Shown: positions 20,703 through 28,106 of the stretch, in pieces
Layout of the letters: each line of letters starts with the position of its first letter
How positions within the stretch are numbered: position 1 is the first letter of the stretch
Assembly: GCA_965223265.1 (NCBI GenBank)
Contig: OZ244999.1
Coordinates: 8,096,001 to 8,160,000, forward strand
Source: Planctomycetota bacterium
Lineage (GTDB): Bacteria > Planctomycetota > UBA8108 > SXIK01
Direction of reading: 5' to 3'
DNA: 64,000 nucleotides
Notes under the pieces: generated by a model
What the model was told of the DNA's origin: nothing
Seen by the model: the letters and a program-made list of their open reading frames with translations, nothing else
The model's database searches: none
Made by a program: the position numbers and the translations under genes

Positions 20703-22682
20703 TTGAACCAGGAAGGCTTGCTGGAGCGTGTGCGCGCTTACCTCGTACCGCCGCTGAGTGTGCTGATCTGCATCTTCACGGTCATCGAGGCGAATCGTCC
20801 GAGTCTCGAAGAGGCGTCGCAGCGTGCCATTTTCTGCATGCTCGGGCTTATGCTCTGCTTCCTTCTTTATCCAGCCCATCCCAAACTCAAAGAGAAGAGG
20901 TGGCTCAGGTGGGTCGATCTGATCCTCGTACTCGGGGTACTTCTCTGCTGCGGCTACATCGTCGTACAAACGCAGCCCTTCTTTCGCTCGTTCTGGATCG
21001 GGTCGACGTCCCTCGGCGATCGTGCCGGTGACACTCAGCCGCTCGACTTTTGGGTCGGCGTCGTGGGTCTCGTGCTGGTGCTCGAGGCGACGCGACGCTC
21101 CATTGGCTGGATTGTGCCGCTTCTCGCCGTCGCAGCGCTTCTGTATGGTCTCTTCCGCGCCGAGATGCCCGATTGGTTGTTCCCGTTTCGGAGCCTCAGC
21201 CTTGAAGACGTTGTCGCGAGCACGTTTCTCAAAGGGCAAGGTGTGTTTGGGAAGCCCCTCGGCGTCATGTTCAAGTACGTCTTTCTGTTCGTCATCTTCG
21301 GCGCCTTTCTCGAAATCACGGGGGCGATCCAGTTCATCATCGACTTCTCAGAGCGACTCTTCGGTCGCACACCGGGAGGTCCGGCGAAGGTCTCGGTTCT
21401 GGCGAGCGGCCTCATGGGATCGCTCTCGGGGAGTGCAGTCGCCAACGCCGTGACCACCGGGACGTTCACCATCCCGATGATGCGAAGTGCCGGATTTCAG
21501 CCGCACGTGGCGGCTGGGATCACTGCGGCGGCGGCCTCCGGTGGAGCACTGGTGCCACCCGTGATGGGGGCGGGCGCCTATATGATGCTCGAGTTCATCG
21601 AGGATGTGACGTTCCTGCAAGTGGCGACGGCCGCAGCGATTCCAGCCGTGCTCTATTACTTCTCCATCTTCATGATCGTCCACTTCTATTCACGCCGCAT
21701 GAGTGGCGGAGAAGATCAGGGCCGGAGCGGCGACGACAAGGAGTTGCCGTCCGCGTGGCAGATCCTCTTCAAATTCGAGGGCGTCGTATTCCTTGCGGCG
21801 CTGACGACCCTTGTCGTTTTTCTGTGTCTCGGACGTACACCGTTCATGTCGGTGACGCTAGCACTCTTGGTGATCGTCGTACTCGGGGTCATCCATCCGG
21901 CGCGGAAGGTGACGTTTCGGACGGCCTACGAAGCGCTGATCAAGTCGGCTCGCAATGGCGTCTCGCTTGTGGCTGCCAGCGCTTGCGTCGGCATCGTCAT
22001 TGGCATCGTCGACGCGACGCGCGTCGCCGACGCCTTTGGTAGTGATATCAAAGCGGTCGTCGACTCGAACCTCTTTCTCGCCCTTTGCGGCGTGATGCTC
22101 TGTTCCATTGTCCTCGGAATGGGCGTTCCGTCCGTGGTTTGCTACCTGCTCATGGCGACGATGATGGGTTCGCTGTTGACCCAGCTGGACGTGCCGCAGC
22201 TCGCAGCACACCTCTTTATCTTCTACTTCGGCATGATGTCTATGGTGACGCCACCGGTGGCTCTCGCCGCTTATGCCAGCGCGTCGCTAGCGCAGTCGAA
22301 GATCATGCAGACCGCCCTTGCGGCGTTTCGCTTTTCGCTCGTCGGTTTTACCCTGCCGTTCATGTTCGTCTATCAGCCGGCGCTTCTGTTTCTTCCCGGA
22401 AAGGACGGTGTCTTCTCGCTGTTGACGGTGTTCACGGCCACAGCTCTCGCCGCCGTGGGGATACTGTCGCTCGCCGCGTCACTTGCCGGCTATTTCAAGG
22501 CGCCACTTGGGTGGGGTGCGCGGGGCGTCTTGTTACTCGCCGCAGCGCTTCTGTTGTCGCCGAACGTTGAGATTTCTGGTCAGCAGATCGGTTTGGTGAC
22601 AAACTGCATGGGAGCGGTGTTCTTTGTCGCCGTGGCGGCCCTGAACTGGCGCACGGCGAGGTCGGCGCAGGCGACGGCGTGA
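20703..22682 (+). CDS. TRAP transporter fused 4TM/12TM permease (TAXI type)
   Basis: GGPAKVSV, SGSAVAN, TFTIPMM, PPVMGAGA, TPPVALAAY. Confidence 0.93.
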   Translation: MNQEGLLERVRAYLVPPLSVLICIFTVIEANRPSLEEASQRAIFCMLGLMLCFLLYPAHPKLKEKRWLRWVDLILVLGVLLCCGYIVVQTQPFFRSFWIGSTSLGDRAGDTQPLDFWVGVVGLVLVLEATRRSIGWIVPLLAVAALLYGLFRAEMPDWLFPFRSLSLEDVVASTFLKGQGVFGKPLGVMFKYVFLFVIFGAFLEITGAIQFIIDFSERLFGRTPGGPAKVSVLASGLMGSLSGSAVANAVTTGTFTIPMMRSAGFQPHVAAGITAAAASGGALVPPVMGAGAYMMLEFIEDVTFLQVATAAAIPAVLYYFSIFMIVHFYSRRMSGGEDQGRSGDDKELPSAWQILFKFEGVVFLAALTTLVVFLCLGRTPFMSVTLALLVIVVLGVIHPARKVTFRTAYEALIKSARNGVSLVAASACVGIVIGIVDATRVADAFGSDIKAVVDSNLFLALCGVMLCSIVLGMGVPSVVCYLLMATMMGSLLTQLDVPQLAAHLFIFYFGMMSMVTPPVALAAYASASLAQSKIMQTALAAFRFSLVGFTLPFMFVYQPALLFLPGKDGVFSLLTVFTATALAAVGILSLAASLAGYFKAPLGWGARGVLLLAAALLLSPNVEISGQQIGLVTNCMGAVFFVAVAALNWRTARSAQATA

Positions 22683-22698
22683 TTGGAGCCCAGACACG

Positions 22699-22923
22699 AT
22701 GAAGGTGCTCACGGTCCTCCTTCTTGTGGCTCTGATCGTTTTGCACCAAGACTCCTGGTGGTGGGAAGATTCGCGGCTCGTGTTCGGCTTCCTGCCGATC
22801 GGCCTCGCCTATCACATCGCGCTGTCGATCGGCGCAGGTGTCGTTTGGTGGCTCGCCGTGAAGTACTGTTGGCCTCGGTCGCTCGAGGAACCGAACTCGC
22901 CGCGGCATGACGAGGAACCTTGA
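22699..22923 (+). CDS. Small 2-TM protein (DUF3311-like) preceding a sodium:solute symporter
   Basis: LHQDSWWW..VFGFLPIGLAYH; overlaps the start of the SSS gene. Confidence 0.82.
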   Translation: MKVLTVLLLVALIVLHQDSWWWEDSRLVFGFLPIGLAYHIALSIGAGVVWWLAVKYCWPRSLEEPNSPRHDEEP

Positions 22924-24376
22924 CATGACGCTGGGCATCATTCTGGGTTATCTGTGCGTCGTGGTCGTGATCGGCCTCGTCAGCGCGTCCCGCTCGCGGC
23001 GAACCGGCGGAGATTTCTTCATCGCCAGCCGTACGATCGGCCCTTTCATGCTTCTCATGTCGCTCTTTGGCACCACGATGACGTCGTTTGCGCTCACCGG
23101 GAGTTCGGGCCAGACGTTCGTCAAAGGGATCGGTGTCTACGGCATGTTGGCGTCGTGGTCTGGAATCATTCATCCACTCGTGTTCTTTCTCGTTGGTGCT
23201 AAGGTTTGGTCGCTGGGGCGACGCCATGGCTATCTGACGCAGCTTTCTTTCTTCCGTCACCGCTATCAGTCCGAACTGCTCGCGGTACTCCTTTTTCCGC
23301 TGCTCGTCGGATTCGTCGTGGTCTACATTCTGATGGGGGCGATCGGAGCGGGCCGGACGTTGCAAGCGGTCGCCGGCGTCCCGTATCCGGCCGGGGTTGG
23401 TCTCGTCTGCTCGATTGTGCTTGTCTACGTCTTCTGTGGCGGCATGCGCGCCACCGCTTGGGCGAATACGCTGCAGACTCTGTTTTTTATGGCGATGGGG
23501 GTTCTCGCGTTCGTCGCTATCACCACCGACCTGGGTGGCCCGATCGCCGCGACACGCCGCGTTGTCGAGAACACAGACCCAGAAGTGGCGCGGCGCGCGA
23601 CGCGAGAGGGGATGGACCAGCTGGTGTTTCTCAGTTACGCCTTCATCCCGGTCTCGGTCGGCATGTTTCCGCACCTGTTCCAGCATTGGCTGACCGCCAA
23701 GAGCGCCAACAACTTCAAGTTCACCGTTGCGGCGTTTCCCCTTTGCATCATGATCACGTGGGTCCCATGCGTCTTGATCGGTATGTGGGCGACCGCGGAG
23801 ATTCCGCTCAGCAGCGACCCCAAAGTGGTCAATTCGGTTCTGCCTCTGATGGTGAAGAATCACTCTGGCGAGTTTCTCTCCGGTCTCATCGCGGCGGGGA
23901 TTCTGGCGGCGATGATGTCGAGCATGGACTCCCAGTTCTTGTGCGTCGGCACGATGTTTACGAGTGACGTTTATCTTCGACTACGATCCCGCGAGCAGCT
24001 CTCAGAGGCACATGTCGTATGGGCGGGCAGAGTGTTCGTTCTTCTCGTTGTCGTCGCCACCTACTTCGCCGCTCTTGTCATGCCAGTGCAGATTTTTCCG
24101 CTCGGCGTCTGGTGCTTCACCGGGTTTGCCAGCTTGTTTCCTCTTCTGCTTGGCGCCGTCTACTGGAGGCGTGCGAACAAGTATGGTGCCATGGCTTCCG
24201 TCGTCGTCGTCGCCGCGCTGTGGATTTACTACGCCGGCGAAGCCATTCATGGCGGACTCTCTCTCTTCGGAGTTCTGCCGGTCGTGGTCTTGTTCAGCGT
24301 CTCGACGCTGGTCTTCGTCCTCGTGAGTTTGCTCACGCCTCGAATGCCCGCGGAACACGTCGAGAAGTTTTTCTAA
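22907..24376 (+). CDS. Sodium:solute symporter family protein
   Basis: DFFIASR, GGMRATAWANTLQ, AAMMSSMDS, many TM helices. Confidence 0.93.
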   Translation: MTRNLDMTLGIILGYLCVVVVIGLVSASRSRRTGGDFFIASRTIGPFMLLMSLFGTTMTSFALTGSSGQTFVKGIGVYGMLASWSGIIHPLVFFLVGAKVWSLGRRHGYLTQLSFFRHRYQSELLAVLLFPLLVGFVVVYILMGAIGAGRTLQAVAGVPYPAGVGLVCSIVLVYVFCGGMRATAWANTLQTLFFMAMGVLAFVAITTDLGGPIAATRRVVENTDPEVARRATREGMDQLVFLSYAFIPVSVGMFPHLFQHWLTAKSANNFKFTVAAFPLCIMITWVPCVLIGMWATAEIPLSSDPKVVNSVLPLMVKNHSGEFLSGLIAAGILAAMMSSMDSQFLCVGTMFTSDVYLRLRSREQLSEAHVVWAGRVFVLLVVVATYFAALVMPVQIFPLGVWCFTGFASLFPLLLGAVYWRRANKYGAMASVVVVAALWIYYAGEAIHGGLSLFGVLPVVVLFSVSTLVFVLVSLLTPRMPAEHVEKFF

Positions 24377-24418
24377 CCGGTCGGTGGACCGTTTTAACCT
24401 CGCACGACGACCGCTTAT

Positions 24419-24452
24419 CAGCCTGTCTCGGCCGAATGACTTCAACGGGCTG
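24419..24452. mobile_element. Internally deleted 34-bp remnant of the MITE family
   Basis: CAGCCTGTCTCGGCCGAATGACTTCAACGGGCTG keeps both termini; flanked by TTAT/TTAG; abuts the ClC stop codon. Confidence 0.65.
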
Positions 24453-26279
24453 TTAGCCTCGATTCTCGCGCGACACGCGCGCCAAGTTCGACTCGCGATA
24501 CGAGGCGAGAAGATCGCGCTTCGAGACGGCGCCCAAAAGCTTTCGTTCGATGCGATCGCTGACGACCGGAAGACGTTCCGCGTCGCTTTCAGCCAGGAGC
24601 TCGACGGCTGTTGACATCGGGTCGTCGACTGCCACGATCGGAAAGTGCGAGTTCATGATGTCCGCGGCGATCACCGTCTCCAAATGATCACTTTGTCCGA
24701 AGAACGTTTTGATCTCGTGGAGTGATACGACTCCGAGGAACTCGTGGCGCTGATTGATGACGTAGAGACGGTCATGCTCCTTTGGGCTACGCAGGAAGGC
24801 GTCCATGACAGCTTCAAACGACTCGGCGGCTTGCACGGTTTGGACGTCAGTGCGGAGAAAAGTCCGCACAGCCGGCTGTCGAACCCAAAGCGGGGGGCGG
24901 ATATTTGGTAGCAGAATGCCGCTGCGGCGCAGGGACTCTGTGTAGAGTGATTCGGTTCGCAGTAGTCGAGCCACCACAGCACTGGCGATCGAGGCGGCCA
25001 TGAACGGCAAGATCACGCTGTAGTTTTGGGTCATCTCGAAGATCATCAGAATCGCCGTGATCGGCGCCTGCATCGTCGCCGAAATGATTGCTGCCATACC
25101 GACGAGCGCATACACCGACGGTGGCGCGGTCGTCTCCGGAAAGAGGGCTCTGACCACTAGCCCAAAGCCGACCCCAACGATGGCCCCGACGAACAGCGAC
25201 GGCGTGAACAGCCCTCCCGGGATGCCACCACCCCGGCAGAGCGCCGTCAGAAATAGCTTCAGGAGGGGCAACACAAGGAGGAATCGAATCCACGCCCAGG
25301 CGCTCTCGTCGCTGCTGACAAAGTCACCCTCGAGCACGGCGTTGACCGTCTGATAGCCGTTGCCAAAGAGTTCCGGAAACCAGATGCCGACGATGCCGAG
25401 AATCGCCATAGCCAGAAGCGCGCCGAGCGATTTCAGCGGCAGCAACCAGCGAAAGATGCTCTGAACGCCGCTAAAGACGCGTACGAACGCGACGCTGACG
25501 AGTCCGACGATCCCTCCCAGCAGAAGTGCGAGCAGGATCTCCCAGTGGTGCTCGAGGTGGTACGTCGACAACAGGTCTGGAGGAATGACGTAGGCGGGGA
25601 ACTCGCTGATGAGTGATCGGGAGATAGACGTCGAGATCACGCAACAGATGATGATGGGTCCAAAGAGATCGAGTGCCAGGCTGCCAAGGAGCACTTCCAT
25701 CGCGAAGACGGTGGCGCCGATGGGTACGTTGTAGGACGCAGCAATTCCGGCGGCGGCTCCCGAGGCGAGGAGAATCTTGACGTGATGCTCACGCAGGCGA
25801 AAGGTGCGTCCGCACCAGGACCCGAAGGCCGCGCCGGAGTGCATCAGGGCGCCTTCGCGGCCAAGCGACGCACCCATACCAACGGCGGCGATCGAGATGA
25901 GCGCGTTGATCATCGTGCCGCCGAGAGGGATGCGCCCGCCACCTACAGCCAAGCTTTCGATCAGTCCGGCAGTTCCTTTGAACGCGGTCTGTCGCTTCCA
26001 GATCATCAGCGCCGCAGAAACGAAAACACCGCCGAGGACGAGGACGAGCACGCGCCGCGCCGGCGACGTTTGTCCGATTTCGTTGATGTCGCCCCAGGCA
26101 AGGGACTGGATATCGCTCAGGATGTGGACGAGCAGCACTGCGACGAGGCCCGCCACGATTCCGATCACCGGCACGAGTAACCAGTACCGCTTTTCTTCGG
26201 GCAGGAGGCCGCGCAGGGAGGCCGCCAGGAGGCGGTCGACGAGGCGGACGAAAGGCGCAGTCGCACTCTCAGTTTTCAA
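24453..26279 (-). CDS. ClC-family chloride channel/antiporter (ClcB-like) with two CBS domains
   Basis: SLGREGA, GAAAGIAASYNVPI, GGLFTPSL, APITAIL..FEMT; C-terminal CBS pair. Confidence 0.92.
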   Translation of the reverse strand: MKTESATAPFVRLVDRLLAASLRGLLPEEKRYWLLVPVIGIVAGLVAVLLVHILSDIQSLAWGDINEIGQTSPARRVLVLVLGGVFVSAALMIWKRQTAFKGTAGLIESLAVGGGRIPLGGTMINALISIAAVGMGASLGREGALMHSGAAFGSWCGRTFRLREHHVKILLASGAAAGIAASYNVPIGATVFAMEVLLGSLALDLFGPIIICCVISTSISRSLISEFPAYVIPPDLLSTYHLEHHWEILLALLLGGIVGLVSVAFVRVFSGVQSIFRWLLPLKSLGALLAMAILGIVGIWFPELFGNGYQTVNAVLEGDFVSSDESAWAWIRFLLVLPLLKLFLTALCRGGGIPGGLFTPSLFVGAIVGVGFGLVVRALFPETTAPPSVYALVGMAAIISATMQAPITAILMIFEMTQNYSVILPFMAASIASAVVARLLRTESLYTESLRRSGILLPNIRPPLWVRQPAVRTFLRTDVQTVQAAESFEAVMDAFLRSPKEHDRLYVINQRHEFLGVVSLHEIKTFFGQSDHLETVIAADIMNSHFPIVAVDDPMSTAVELLAESDAERLPVVSDRIERKLLGAVSKRDLLASYRESNLARVSRENRG

Positions 26280-26319
26280 CGTTCCTAGCCTCGACCTCTT
26301 TTCTACGTGGCTCGCGGAG

Positions 26320-26470
26320 CAGGCCGCCTGAAAAGTCTTTCGGCCGAGAAGTCGCCATCGTTGCGCTGTTCAACGTGCGACTGCCGACCAGCTTGGCGTG
26401 CGTCGATGCGCTCAAACCCCGACCGGAAGACTCGTGCAGCGGGTTGCTCGAAGCACTTTTCAACAGGCGG
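26320..26470. mobile_element. Diverged MITE-family copy (~151 bp)
   Basis: Ends CAGGCCGCCTGAAAAGTCTTTCGGCCGAGAA ... CTCGAAGCACTTTTCAACAGGCGG match the ends of copy A; interior differs. Confidence 0.72.
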
Positions 26471-26683
26471 CTAGACGCGATTCTCACGACGATGCGAGAT
26501 CAGCCCTTCCAAGTGCTTCCGCATGAGCTCAGGTTTGTGCTTCTTCAGTGTTCTTTCGATCTCGTAACCGTCGACGCTCCTCTCGCCTTTTTTGATTTCG
26601 TTAGCGGCCGTCTGAATGCGATTGGCGGCAGCGATCAGATCTTCCCAGCCGGCAGCCGCCTCATCGTAGGGATTGTCGGACAT
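26471..26683 (-). CDS. Small hypothetical protein (70 aa)
   Basis: ATG with AAGGAG Shine-Dalgarno upstream; protein-like charged helical composition; intergenic position. Confidence 0.7.
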   Translation of the reverse strand: MSDNPYDEAAAGWEDLIAAANRIQTAANEIKKGERSVDGYEIERTLKKHKPELMRKHLEGLISHRRENRV

Positions 26684-27152
26684 GCGTGGGTCTACTCCTT
26701 GATGAACTTGGACGGTTCGTCATTCCGTCTCGTATCGACTCGTGAGTTTGTTCTTCCTATAAATAAGATCGTTCCGTGACCGAAAAACTAGAGGTTGATC
26801 GGACTAGAAAAAGATTGTATACCGATGGCCCTCTCATTAGTGAACCGCCTATTCGAAAAGTTGGCTAGTCGGAGAATTGGAGGCTGTGGCCCCTTGCTCG
26901 GTCGATGATCAGGCCGCGCTAACGGGTCTTCCTGCCGTCAGTTCGAACGATCTACGCGGACTAGCGGAACTTTTGGTTTTCGGTGCTCGGATCGCCGTTT
27001 GGAACCTTGGCACCGGCGTCACAGGCGGCTTCGCGAGAGTTTGGTGGCGAAGGGAGGATCGATCGATTCGCTAGAAACCAGGCTCCTGCCGCTTGCGAAG
27101 TCTTTTGGTGACTGCCTCGCCATCTCGGGTGCAGGTGTGGTCTTTCGTTCAA

Positions 27153-27312
27153 CAGCCTGTTGAAAACGTGCTTCGAGCCGAAAACTGGTCTCTTCGCGTC
27201 CAGATCGGCTGCGGCAAACGCAGGCAATCTTCGGGATTTTCGAGTATTGACCCGGTCGAGCTGGGCGTGAAGAGGCCAGTTTCTTCGGCCGAATGACTTT
27301 TTCAACTGGCTG
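27153..27312. mobile_element. MITE copy B (160 bp), inverted relative to copy A, 4-bp TSD TCAA
   Basis: CAGCCTGTTGAAAACGT...ACTTTTTCAACTGGCTG flanked by TCAA on both sides; interior nearly identical to the reverse complement of 18277-18435. Confidence 0.9.
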
Positions 27313-27410
27313 TCAAGAGCGCCGGCTGTTCCAGCTGCGTTCCTTGACTGACATCCGTGACTTCGGGGCGTGCCTCAGTGGGTGTCCAAGACGATGAAAG
27401 GAGGACACCA

Positions 27411-27854
27411 GTGCCCATTGCAACGAATCTCCGCGACTCGGTGGAAGAACTCAAGAAGGAGCGCGATCGCATCGACGCCTTGATCGAGCAGCTCGAGGCG
27501 ATGATCAGCGAACTTCCTGGAGGAGCCACTCGGGCGGCGCGTGGCCGAAAGAAGAAGAAGACCAGGAAGGTGTCGTCGGCGCGCGCTGGAAAGAAGACGA
27601 AGGCGACGTCGAAGGGAAAGCGAAAGAACGCTCCGCGCGGCCTGATGAAGAAGCTCATGCATCAGGTACTGAGATCTGCTGGGAAGCCGCTTTCGCCGAC
27701 GGTCCTGCGCGACAGAATCATTGCTGCCGGCTACCCGGCGCGTGACCGCACTGTGTTTTACACCGCGGTCTACAACGCGGCGAAAAAGGATCCTGCGGTG
27801 AAGAAAACGAAGGCGGGGTTCGCGCTGCGCGGTCGCGCAGCCAGCAAGGCGTAG
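27411..27854 (+). CDS. Basic putative nucleoid-associated DNA-binding protein (coiled coil + Lys/Arg-rich linker + winged-helix-like domain)
   Basis: Strong SD AAGGAGG before GTG 27411; ELKKERDRIDALIEQLE coiled coil; GRKKKKTRK linker; VLRSAGKPLS...I.AAGY. Confidence 0.75.
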   Translation: MPIATNLRDSVEELKKERDRIDALIEQLEAMISELPGGATRAARGRKKKKTRKVSSARAGKKTKATSKGKRKNAPRGLMKKLMHQVLRSAGKPLSPTVLRDRIIAAGYPARDRTVFYTAVYNAAKKDPAVKKTKAGFALRGRAASKA

Positions 27855-28106
27855 CACGAAGGCGACGTTCGGGTCATGCCGGACGAGAGCGGCCCGGAGC
27901 TTTTGACCATGCTCCGGGCCAGCGGCAAGTTTTTGGTCTCCAAGAGCGCCTGGAGCCGTGGAGGACGGGGGTGATGCGGTTCCGCGCAAGAATGCGCGGC
28001 GATCGCGTTTGAAGGCGTCTACAATTCCCGTATCCTACAGTCGTGCCGAGTCGCGGCGCGCTGGTGGGTTGGAAAGTGACCCCTGATCCCAAGAGCCGGC
28101 GAAGAA

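Noticed and set aside
24453-26279. ClC lacks the GSGIP motif and has GREGA, suggesting altered ion selectivity
   Set aside because: Such deviations are typical of the ClcB-like subfamily; not distinctive enough.
26320-27312. Possible composite transposon of two MITEs carrying the 70-aa gene
   Set aside because: Copy B has its own TCAA duplication and the outer flanks (GGAG vs TCAA) do not match, so these are independent insertions.
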